Origin: Eledone cirrhosa
Lineage: Eukaryota
Direction: 5' to 3'
NCBI GenBank assembly: GCA_964016885.1
Contig: OZ024742.1
Coordinates: forward strand, 71,362,001 to 71,426,000
Length of the DNA stretch: 64,000 bases
In this document: positions 11,980 through 23,210 of the stretch, one piece after another
Position numbering within the stretch: position 1 is the stretch's first letter
Layout: every line of letters begins with the position of its first letter
Translations under genes and position numbers: made by a program
Notes under the pieces: generated by a model
What the model saw: only the letters and a program-made list of their open reading frames with translations
Databases searched by the model: none
Told to the model about the DNA's origin: nothing

Positions 11980-12021
<42 letters not shown>

Positions 12022-12025
<4 letters not shown>

Positions 12026-12330
12026 TTTTTAGAGTCGTGTGTTTGAAGGAATTCCTTCCTGTATATGTGTGACATGTGTACACTGTGTAGGCTAACAAAT
12101 ACTGTGCCTATGGATGTAGTACGGCCGAACGCTTTCACGTTTGATTGCATTCTGGTACTAAGTTTCATGTAAGTCCTATTTGAAGGGATAGGAATATTTT
12201 TCAGGGAGTAATCTATTTCAAGGAGGTTCATGATCAGTGGTTTGGTGATTGTAGTATGGGTGAATTTGGATTGGAGAGTGCTCCACTTGGTAAGGGCGTT
12301 ACCAATCTTCCATGAGGTTGAAGAATTTGC
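12022..12330 (-). mobile_element. Penelope-like element ORF remnant
   Basis: DYSLKNIPIPSNRTYMKL resembles the N-terminus of Penelope-like ORFs; downstream TSIGTVF...HM...EFLQT is a weak match to an RT motif. Confidence 0.55.
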
Positions 12331-12426
12331 TGTACATATTCCAGGAGATAAATATTGTAGTAATAAGTAGGGAAAAATATCCAAGGTATAGAACAACTGA
12401 AGTTCATAGGGTGAGTTTGAATATAA

Positions 12427-12678
12427 TTATTATTATGGCTAGTTACTACAACGGCGCCATACCAGGTACGTATGTTTCGCTAGCCCTGAAGACCAACTTG
12501 TTCGACCTATGCTAATAAAAATGAACTGGAAAATATTTACTCAAAAAGGAAAATTTTTTTGAGTGCACTTTTTTCAGTTCATTTTCATCAGCACAGGTCG
12601 AACAAATTGGTATTCAGGGCTAACGAAACATATGTACCTGGTATGGCGCCGTGGTAGTAACTGGCCATAGTAATAATT
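12427..12678. repeat. ~250-bp imperfect palindrome upstream of the Penelope-like ORF, carrying a hammerhead 3' half on each strand
   Basis: Arms ccataccaggtacgtatgtttcgctagccctgaa... / ...ttcagggctaacgaaacatatgtacctggtatgg. Confidence 0.85.
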
Positions 12679-12767
12679 GGGTATATATATGAGAAAAGTA
12701 AATGGGTAAGCAACACAGCAAAACAATACAGTACAATAACACAACAAAGAAAACGTGTGTGTGTGTA

Positions 12768-13104
12768 TCATCATCATTTCATTTTACGTCCACTTTTCCC
12801 TGCTTGCAAGGGTGGGACGGGAACTGATTTTGGCTTGATTTCTACAGCTGGATGCCCTTCCTAACACCAACCTCATTTGCAGTGAGTGCTGGGTGCTTTT
12901 TTGCCGTGGCACCTCCACGACCACTTTGCAGTGGAATGATAGGGACCACAGTCCCTATAATCTCATTTCTACAGCTGAGTAAACTGGAGCAACGTGAAAT
13001 AAAGTGTCTTGCTCAAGGAATCAACACATCATCCGGTCTGAGAATTGAACTCACAACCTTTCGATTGCAAGGCCAATGCTCTAACCACTAAGCCATGTGC
13101 CTCC
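12768..13104 (-). mobile_element. CORE-like tRNA SINE with RTE tail
   Basis: Reverse-complement match to 4476-4799 and 63477-63817. Confidence 0.88.
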
Positions 13105-13106
13105 AC

Positions 13107-13151
<45 letters not shown>

Positions 13152-13155
<4 letters not shown>

Positions 13156-13617
13156 ATAAATTAACGGAGGCATTGGCCGTCGTTATTCCCTGTAAATAAT
13201 GTGCTCAAAGGGGAAGAGATCCTGAGTGGCTTTGGGCTGCCCTTTCTAGCAGTTCGTCTCTCAGAGGCCACTGGTTCACTGCCCTTAAACACGCTGTGAC
13301 TTCTCTCTCCCACGTGTGGCTGGACAGTCAATTGTAAAATTCTCTTGGTGTTGTCTGAGATGTATAGCCTTACACACGCTGATGAACCGAGACCTAACAT
13401 TTCTTTCAACAATTTCTCTGGCGAAACATATCTCTGGATTTGTACGTGTGTAATATAGTTATAGAGGTATTTATTTACGCTTTAATTTATATTTTTAATT
13501 ATCGTGTCTATAGTCTGCCTTTCATGGGTTATAGATTCCATTCACTGGTGGTTTTTTCCCTGTGTTATTGGTAACGCACTATATATCTCTCTCTGGTGTG
13601 TTACCTTCTCAACATAT

Positions 13618-13620
<3 letters not shown>
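13152..13620 (+). mobile_element. Putative Penelope-like terminal repeat / mini-element in a TA tract
   Basis: Unique insert flanked by (TA)n and containing a complete hammerhead. Confidence 0.55.
13370..13453 (+). ncRNA. Type I hammerhead ribozyme
   Basis: Stem I ttacacacg/cgtgtgtaa (9 bp), CTGATGA 13379-13385, stem II ccgaga/tctc(t)gg with an A.C closing mismatch, GAAAC 13423-13427, stem III, GTA site ending at 13444. Confidence 0.8.
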
Positions 13621-13655
<35 letters not shown>

Positions 13656-13817
13656 ACAGAGGAACAGGAAAAAAAAATTTCCCTGCTGAATTCAAAGGGG
13701 TGTTCCATAAATTTACCATATATATATATACATACATACATATATATAAATATACACATATATATATATACACGTATATAATATATAAGATCAAAAGATG
13801 GTTAAAGGAGTTCCATG

Positions 13818-13888
13818 TATTTTATTATGCGCATTTCAAAAACAAACATCATTATGCAATAATATTTGTGTTTTCATCAGATAAAACA
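13818..13888 (-). ncRNA. Type I hammerhead ribozyme (left arm copy)
   Basis: Reverse complement of the 14010-14080 motif. Confidence 0.75.
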
Positions 13889-14009
13889 GAACATGATATG
13901 AAGGCTAAAAAACACTTGTGGATAGTGCAGTTTTAAATCAACATATGGATATGTTGATTTAAAACTGCACTATCCACAAGTGTTTTTTAGCCTTCATATC
14001 ATGTTCTCC

Positions 14010-14080
14010 TGTTTTATCTGATGAAAACACAAATATTATTGCATGATGATGTTTGTTTTTGAAATGCGCATAATAAAATA
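14010..14080 (+). ncRNA. Minimal type I hammerhead ribozyme with palindromic stem III
   Basis: Stem I tgttttat/ataaaata, CTGATGA 14018-14024, stem II caaatattat/atgatgtttg, GAAA 14061-14064, tgcgca, TA site. Confidence 0.78.
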
Positions 14081-14232
14081 CATGGAACTCCTTTAACCAT
14101 CTTTTGATCTTATATATTATGTATACTCCAGTCCTACAAACTGTAGAGTGCTTCTTATCCGATATCTGCATTGCTTTATTGTACTACAATAAAACTCACC
14201 TCCTACATATACACGTATATATATATATATAT

Positions 14233-14858
14233 ACAAAGCATAAACGAACTAAGGGAAAAATTAGAAATAAGAGGGATCAGATGTTGTTTAGTCGAGAGAA
14301 GGCTACGTTGGTATGGTCACGTGATGCGCATGAAAGACGACAGCTGTATAAAAAAGTGAGTAGGCAGACCCAGAAAAACCTGGGACGACCTGATAAATTC
14401 CGACCTTACACACTTACACCTCTCCAAGACAATGTCACTGGACCGAGATCTTTGGCGGTACTCAGTAATAGAGAAGACCCGCCTTACCTGAAATACAAAG
14501 TAAAACCTACTAGAGTCAGTAGGCATCTCTAACAAAATACACCCCCGTCCCACCACCCCCACCCCATCCACACCACCCCTTTCAATGTAAAGTTATGTTG
14601 GTGCCACAACATCCAGGCCGAAACAAATGAGATTGTGTAGGTGTCACGACAAAAAAACACACAGACCACGCTGTAATGTGGCCGTGTAGGCAACATGGTA
14701 AAAACCTCCCAGCCCCACACTGTAAATGTGGTTGGTGTTAGGAAGGGCATCCAGCTGTAGAAAACCCGCAAGACAACCACCCTTGCCTCAAGTGGGAAAA
14801 CTCCCGTCCAAACCCATGCAAGCGTGGAACATGGACGTTAAACGATGATGATGATGAT
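14233..14858 (+). mobile_element. RTE family A-related 3' fragment, diverged and internally deleted
   Basis: [30 protein letters not shown], family A-type 3'UTR, (GAT)n. Confidence 0.9.
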
Positions 14859-15155
14859 ATATATATATAGTAAGGTGCAATATTGGTTGTGTAAAATGGT
14901 CCAATAACTTTGTTAGCAATATTAAGTTCTCCCTACGGATTTGTTTGATGTCCAGCGTCTTTTGCAGCGATAGAAGTCTGAAAACTTTTATGACCTCAAC
15001 TAAAGCTAATAGCAGTCGCCTTGTCTCTGACTGGTGTGTCTCCATATGAGGGAATGAATTATGTGTTGAAACATCATTATTTTTTTCTTTATACTTTCAC
15101 TCGTGTAGGACACTTCGGTTATTTTTTATTTTGTAAAGAAAACCTCACTTTCTAA

Positions 15156-15200
<45 letters not shown>

Positions 15201-15805
15201 TCATCATCATCATTTTACGTCCGCTTTTCCCTAAACAAGGGGAGAAGGATACTGCGTGGTTGCCCATGGATTACATATTATAAAATTAGTCCCTCATCAG
15301 TGATTTGCCAACCATCATTGGTATTTCATCGCATTAAAAATCAGATACCTCAGGTTGGTGCGAGGAATAACTAAAATAAGCTATTGGGACAAGTGAAACG
15401 CGTAAAGCGAGTGAGACAAGTAAACAACAGAAGGAAAAGCAAACCAAAGGTTGGAAAAACAGCAAGCCACATGATAGTTATCCGAGTTATCTGGGTGAAT
15501 TTCATGAGCGGTCAGAGAAGCAGACCGTACGCCGTGAATGCGGTGTGAGAAAGAAGGAACCCCACTACTAGCGAACGGGAGGAGGTGAGAAGGGGAGAAA
15601 CAGAGAGTGAGTGAGTGGAAGTGCGAGGAAGAGGTCAGTCGAGAGAAAGTGTAACTAACAGAGGGGGCGAAAGAAGGTAAGAGAAACAGAGAGAACGGGG
15701 GAAGCAGTAAGAGAGAAAGAGAGAAACAGATAATCGCAATATATATACATATATCCTTGCAAGCAGGGAAAAAGCGTACGTAAAATGAAATGATGATGAT
15801 GATAC

Positions 15806-15838
<33 letters not shown>

Positions 15839-15906
15839 CACAAATATAATATATATACACACACATATATATATATATACACACACACATATATATATAC
15901 ACACAC

Positions 15907-15988
<82 letters not shown>

Positions 15989-15993
<5 letters not shown>

Positions 15994-16119
15994 AACGGGT
16001 AGGACCCCGACGGCTGAGCTCAAGCCGGATCGACGGCTATTTCTGGACTCAGATAATATGTCCAGAATTAGCCGTCGAAACGGCTTGAGCTCAACCGTCG
16101 GGGTCCTACTCGTTCCTAT
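15989..16119. repeat. GC-rich ~130-bp hairpin at the edge of a TA-embedded insert (15991-16197)
   Basis: aggaacgggtaggaccccgacgg... / ...ccgtcggggtcctactcgttcct. Confidence 0.9.
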
Positions 16120-16195
16120 TACCCACTCTACTACCCTAAGTATTGTGTACTTTGGTGCATTATGGTCCACCTGGTTCCTTACCACATTTCCTTCG

Positions 16196-16256
<61 letters not shown>

Positions 16257-16295
16257 TATATATATATATATACACATATATATATATATATATAT

Positions 16296-16342
<47 letters not shown>

Positions 16343-16361
16343 TATATATATATATATACAC

Positions 16362-16456
<95 letters not shown>

Positions 16457-16538
16457 TATATATATATACACACATATATATATATATACACACATATATA
16501 TATACATCTATATACATACATATATATATATATACATC

Positions 16539-16582
<44 letters not shown>

Positions 16583-16658
16583 TCTATATATATATGTATA
16601 TATATATAAGTACCCTGTCTAACCCATGCTAGCGTGGAAAAACGGACATAAAACGGTG

Positions 16659-16842
<184 letters not shown>

Positions 16843-16953
16843 CATATGTATATATACATACATATAGATATACATACATACATATATATATATATACATA
16901 CATATATATATATATATATACATACATATATATATATATACATACATATATAT

Positions 16954-17628
16954 ATCATCATCATCATCACCGTTTTACGTCCGTTCTTCCATGCTAGCAT
17001 GGGTTAGACGGGTTGTCCTGTTGTGGGCAGTGTCTGGTCGGCAGACCATGCCTTGCTCATACAGGAACTGATCTGGCTTGATTTCTACAGCTGGATGCCC
17101 TTCCTAACACCAACCTCATTTACAGTGAGTGCTGGGTGCTTTTTCGTGGTGCCTACACGTCCACTTTACAGTGTTGGCTGGGTGCTTTTTTTGCCGTGGC
17201 ACCTCCACGACCACCTTGCGGTGGGGGCATATTGTTTATATGCTTCAGCATGTACCAATGGGAGGTCGGGTACCCTGTATTACTGTGTGACGCCAGAAGT
17301 CACGGTCGTGTGTCACTGTCTTTGAGAGGTGTAGTTGGGTAAGGTCGGCTTTTATCACCTCATCCCAAGTCATCTTGGGTCTCCCCACTCCGCGGTTTCC
17401 ATCAACTTCTAGTACTCTGCACTTTTTTATGCAGCTGTCATCCTTCATACGCATAACATGTTCATACCAGCGTAACCGCCTCTCCTGCACGCAGCATTTG
17501 ATTCCTCTTATGCTCAGTCTCTCTCTCAATTCCTTTATGCTTTGTCGTTCACGTATATTACTGTTACACATCCATCGGAGCATGCAGGCTTCGTTTCTCT
17601 CTAATCTACGTAAGTCTTCCACCTTCAT
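16954..17628 (-). mobile_element. RTE LINE family B 3' fragment
   Basis: [13 protein letters not shown]...[10 protein letters not shown], family B 3'UTR, (GAT)n. Confidence 0.93.
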
Positions 17629-17668
17629 ACATATATATATATACATACATACATACATATATATATAC

Positions 17669-17827
<159 letters not shown>

Positions 17828-17874
17828 CATATATATATACATATATATATATATACATACATATATATATATAC

Positions 17875-17929
<55 letters not shown>

Positions 17930-18010
17930 CATATATATATACATACATATATATATATACATATATATATATACATACATACATATATATATACATACAT
18001 ACATATATAT

Positions 18011-19708
18011 ATCATCATCATCATCATCATCATTTTATGTCCGCTTTTCCCTGCTTGCAAGGGTGGGACGGGTCTTATTCAGCACAGCATCTCTCCACTC
18101 GTCACGGTCCCTCGTCATCTCCACCGTGAGCTTCAATGATCTGAGGTCTGTTCTCACCACCTCCGCCCATGTTTTTCGTGGTCTACCTCTACCACGTCTT
18201 CCTTCAACTGGCATTTCCTGGCACTTCTTCACCCATCGGTCATCCTCCATGCGCATCACATGTCCATACCACCTCAGTCTCCTCTCCCGTACACTACATT
18301 CTATCCCTCTCAGACAGTTTCTCTCTCAACACATTTATGCTGGGTCGTTCACGCACATTTACACTGCACATCCAACGGAGCATGCTTGCCTCATTTCTCC
18401 CCAGCCGTCGCATATCCTCTGCAGTTGCTGCCCATGTCTCACTACCGTGCAGCATCGCGCTCCTCACACAGGCATCATACAACCGGCCTTTCGTACGCAG
18501 GGAGAAACCCTTCTTCGTCAACAGAGGAAGCAGCTCCCTAAACTTCTTCCAACCCATCCTTATTCTAGATACTATGGCCTCGGAACACCCTCCTCCCATG
18601 CTAATCTGATCTCCTAGGTACCGGAAGCTATCCACCACTTCTATAGCGCCCTCTTGCATTTGAAAAATGTGTCTATCAGTGCGACTTCTACTGTCTAATT
18701 TCCCTGTACATCTACTGCATACATAGTTCTCCCTACCTGTTAGTTTGCCTGCTATCCCGCTACATCTCTTGTGTACCCAGGACCTACATTGTGTGCATTT
18801 TATAGAATTTATGCCAGTTCCTTTTCTGCATATCGAACATCGCCATTTCCCTGACGGAATCAGGGTTTTGTCCTCTTTTCTACTCATCAACACTTTTGTC
18901 TTAGCTAGATTTACTCTCAGTCCTCTTGCTTCCAACTGCTGTTTCCATAGCCGGAATTTATTCTCTAGCTCCTCTACTGATTCTGCCATAAGAGCCAGAT
19001 CGTCAGCATAGAGAAGTTCCCATGGACAGCCAGTCTTAAACTCCTCTGTTATGGCTTGGAGGACTATAATGAACAAGAGCGGGCTGAGGACCGAACCCTG
19101 ATGTACTCCTACTTGTATCTGGAATTCCTCACTAAACTCCATTCCTACCCTGACTTTACTGAGAGTACCTCTGTACAAAGTTTGCACTGTCCTTACAAGC
19201 CATTCCTCAACACCCAGCTTCCTTAGGGACCACCAGATGACAGATCGGGGTACCCTATCAAAGGCCTTCTCTAGGTCAACAAAGGCTAAGTATAGTGGCT
19301 TATTCTTCTCTAAGAACCTCTCTTGCATTTGTCTCACCAAGAAGAGGGCATCTGTTGTACTCTTCCCAGGCACAAAACCAAACTGCATCTCATCTAGTTT
19401 GACCCTTTCTCTAATTAGTTGTGCTAAAATCCTTTCTGCCACTTTCATAACCTGATCTATCAGTTTTATACCCCTATAATTGCTCCTCTCCAAAGCATCC
19501 CCTTTACCTTTGTAGCAATTTATGAGAATACTGCTGCACCAGTCTTTGGGTATGACACCACCATATATAGCCTGATTGATTATGCGTGCAACCAGTTTAG
19601 TGCCTACGTCCCCTGATGCCTTCAGCATCTCAGCAACTATTCCCGATGGTCCGGCCGCCTTACCATTTTTCATTTCCCTAATCGCCTCTTGGACCCTATA
19701 TTCGTCAA
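18011..19708 (-). mobile_element. RTE LINE family C, 5'-truncated, with RT and PHD-like finger and a deletion/frameshift near 18300
   Basis: FVDLEKAFDRV, GVHQGSVLSPLLF, LLYADDL; ORF runs almost directly into the (GAT)n tail with no long 3'UTR. Confidence 0.95.
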
Positions 19709-19836
19709 TCTATATATATACATACATACATATATATATACATACATATATATATATACATACATACATATATACATACATACATATATACATACATACA
19801 TACATACATACATACATACATACATACATACATACA

Positions 19837-19872
<36 letters not shown>

Positions 19873-19913
19873 CATATATATACATATATATACATATATA
19901 TACATATATATAC

Positions 19914-19944
<31 letters not shown>

Positions 19945-20015
19945 CATACATACATATATATATATATATACATACATATATATATATATACATATATATA
20001 GTTTTAATATAGATG

Positions 20016-20066
20016 AGATTCTACAGGACTAGAACTGTTTCATTCTTTAGAAATCATCAGGAATCT
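20016..20066 (-). ncRNA. Type I hammerhead ribozyme in a ~160-bp TA-embedded insert (20001-20160)
   Basis: Minus strand agattc CTGATGA t-ttc-taaa-gaa-t GAAAC ag ttctagtc ct GTA gaatct. Confidence 0.78.
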
Positions 20067-20157
20067 GGGTATCAAAAAATAAGTATGGTATTTATAGGTC
20101 TCTACAAGTGGTAGGAGAGGGTGGGGAGTGGGATGGGTGTAGGTCATTGGTTGATAG

Positions 20158-20192
<35 letters not shown>

Positions 20193-20299
20193 CATATATA
20201 TATATACATACATATATATATATACATACATATATATATATATACATACATATATATATATATATACATACATATATATATATACATACATATATATAC

Positions 20300-21419
20300 A
20301 TCATCATCATCATCAACGTTTAACGTCCGTGTTCCACGCTTGCATGGGTTTGGACGGGGGTAGTCCCACTTGAGGCAAGAGTGATTGTCTTGCTCGCATA
20401 GGACTGTCTGGCAGGTTTTCTACAGTTGGATGCCCTTCCTAACACCAACCACATTTACAGTGTGGGTCTGGGAGGTTTTTACCGTGTTGCCTACACGGCC
20501 ACATTACAGCGTGGACTGTGTGTTTTTTTGTCGTGACACCTACACGATCTCATTTGTTTCGGCCTCGATGGTGCGGCACCAACATAACTTTACATAGAAC
20601 GGGGTGGTGTGGATGGGGTGGGGGTGGTGGTGGTGGGACGGGGTGTATTTTGTTAGAGATGCCTACTGGCTGGAGTAGGTTTTACTATATATTTAGGTAA
20701 GGCGGGTCTTCTCTGTTACTGAGTACCGCCAAAGGTCTCGGTCCAGTGACATTGTCTTGGAGAGGTGTAAGTGTGTGATGTCGGAGTTTATCAGCTCGTC
20801 CCAGGTTTTTCTAGGTCTGCCTATTCCGTGACTACCGTCTATCTTTATTGCCCTGCACTTTGTTATACAGCTGTCGACTTTCATGCGCATCACGTGTCCA
20901 TACCAACGTAGCCTTCTCTCGAGTAAACAACATCTGATCCCTCTTATCTCTAATTTTTTCCTTAGTTCGTTTATGCTTTGCCGTTCACGTATATTACTGT
21001 TACACATCCAGCGGAGCATGCAAGCTTCGTTCCTCTCTAGTCTGCGTATATCCTCTGCACACAATGCCCAGGTCTCACTGCCATGCAACATTGCTGTTCG
21101 TATGCAGGCATCGTACAACCTGCCTTTCATTTTTAGTGAGAACCCTTTAGCAGCTAATAGTGGTATAAGCTCTCTGAACTTTTTCCAACCAGTTCTGACT
21201 CTAGCTACAGTACTTTCAGAGCACCCTCCCCCACTGCTGATTTTATCGCCCAGGTAACGGAAGCTGTCCACTATTTCTATAGAACCCTCTGCGCAATTGA
21301 AAGAGCTAGTATTTTGTGGGCACTTGCTGCTACTTATTGCACCAGAGCACCGGCCACATGTAAAATCTATGTTCTTAGTTAGCTTACCTGTGATCCCACT
21401 ACATCTTTTATGCACCCAT
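20300..21419 (-). mobile_element. RTE LINE family A, 5'-truncated
   Basis: Near-identical to 2165-3562; stop at 20693; (GAT)n tail. Confidence 0.95.
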
Positions 21420-21589
21420 ACATACATATATATACATACATACATATATATATATATATACATACATATATATATATATATACATACATATATATATATA
21501 CATACATATATATATATATACATATATATATATACATACATATATATATATATACATATATATATATACATATATATATATACATATAT

Positions 21590-21925
21590 GAGAGTATTGA
21601 AGTTTGCTTGAAGCATTGTGGAATAATAAGTAAATATCTTTAAGTCGTGTGGAAGCCTCGACAATGCAAATGGGTAAATCTCCAGGTAAGAAGATCCGGT
21701 GGTGGAGAGAGAGATGTAAGTGGGTGTACGTTGAGATGCGTAGTGTGTATGAGACGTGTAGAGGAATGAAGGAAAGAGGATAAAATAAAAATAACAACAC
21801 GAGAGATTTAATAGTCCCTATATATTTCGGATTCACATCCATCAACTGGGGGTTTTTCCGGGGTGGGGAAAAGGTTGTCTGTCGGACAGGTGCGAAACGT
21901 GTCCTCCACTGTTTGTTGTTTTGAA
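21590..21925. mobile_element. TA-embedded insert with two degenerate hammerhead-like motifs
   Basis: Minus strand ccc..ggat-gtga-atcc GAAA tata TA ggg (near 21815-21852) and plus strand gtgggg..cGAAAC gt GTC ctccac (near 21863-21909); both lack an intact CTGANGA. Confidence 0.35.
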
Positions 21926-22009
21926 TACATATATATATACATATATATATATACATATATATATATACATATATATATATACATATATATATATACATAT
22001 ATATATATC

Positions 22010-22063
<54 letters not shown>

Positions 22064-23055
22064 CATATACATATATATACATATATATACACATACATAT
22101 ATATATACACACACACACTGATATATATATATTGTGTGACTTGCATGTTGCTTACTACTATCATCTTCACTCAAGCTTTACTATAGTTGTCTCTTTATCA
22201 CTCCACTCCAATCAGTTCCTGACTCTATCACTCTACTACGTCATTAACTTCCTCACTCTTTCCAATGAAAGCCTGGGTCATTTGTAATTTCTTTCTAACA
22301 CAGAACTGCTCACCATTCGCTCTATTATTGTAGGAAAGAACTGCTATGATTGTTGTTAAAATATGGGGATGCTTGTTTAAGGGATAGTCTGTACGTTGAG
22401 CATCCATGGACATCATTGTCCTTCCTCTTTTTCATCAAACCATCTCTCTCTCTCCATTGATCTCATGTTACCCTCCACCACACAGTATATGTAATTTTTA
22501 TATCTACACTCACATATTTCTCTTTTTAACAGTCATCTCTTTCTTGTTTATCTGTTGACACAGGCAAATACTAAGATGCCAGTTTACATATATGGCTGCG
22601 ATCTCTCTCTCTCTCTCTCTCTCTCTCTGCCCATGTCCACATGTCTATCTGTCACTATATGTTTATGTCTACCTATTTATCAATTATATCATTATCATTG
22701 AACAAAGTAAAATTACGAACATTTAGAAACTGTCATGCTTTTTTTTTACAAATAAAAATCCTTTGATACCAAACCACCTCTGGTTCTACAATACCAAACC
22801 GCTTGTTTTAGAATGTTTATATTTTATCTAAAAAACTTCCATAATAAATGTTCTTAACATCATCTTATTGAGGTGAGGTTATTTTGTATTAGTAAATCCC
22901 TCTTTAGTTTCAAAATTATTTGAAAATCATATGCAATGATTTTCATTAGAAATGAAAGGATTTATGTGCCATCAACTATTGAGAATGGGTATTAAATGAT
23001 ATGAGGATGTTAGCTATGAGGGCTTGTCTTATTTAGAGGAGGTGTTTGAAACCAG

Positions 23056-23210
23056 AGGCGACAAATTGGCAGCTGTTAGAATGTCGGATAGAATGCTTTG
23101 CAGTATTCATTTTGCCTCTCTACTCTTTGAGTTCAAATCCAGCCGAGATGAACTTTGTCTTTCAGTCTTTTGAGGTCAATAAAAAAAGTACCAGTCTAGT
23201 ACTGGGGTTG
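23056..23210 (+). mobile_element. Older Meta-like SINE 5' part, interrupted by RTE family B (3' part resumes near 26207-26345)
   Basis: gagttcaaatcc B box and agtaccagtctagtactggggttga; related copies at 30955-31290, 48585-48915 and 60150-60665 show the joined sequence. Confidence 0.7.

Larger units (their letters stand above)
13778..14120. repeat. Near-perfect ~340-bp palindrome with a 2-nt centre (13947-13948)
   Basis: Arms are reverse complements apart from a 3-nt indel and one substitution. Confidence 0.95.

Noticed and set aside
15240-15350. CTGATGA on the minus strand in a repeat also present at 55622-55715
   Set aside because: No GAAA after a stem II; only an unclassified dispersed repeat
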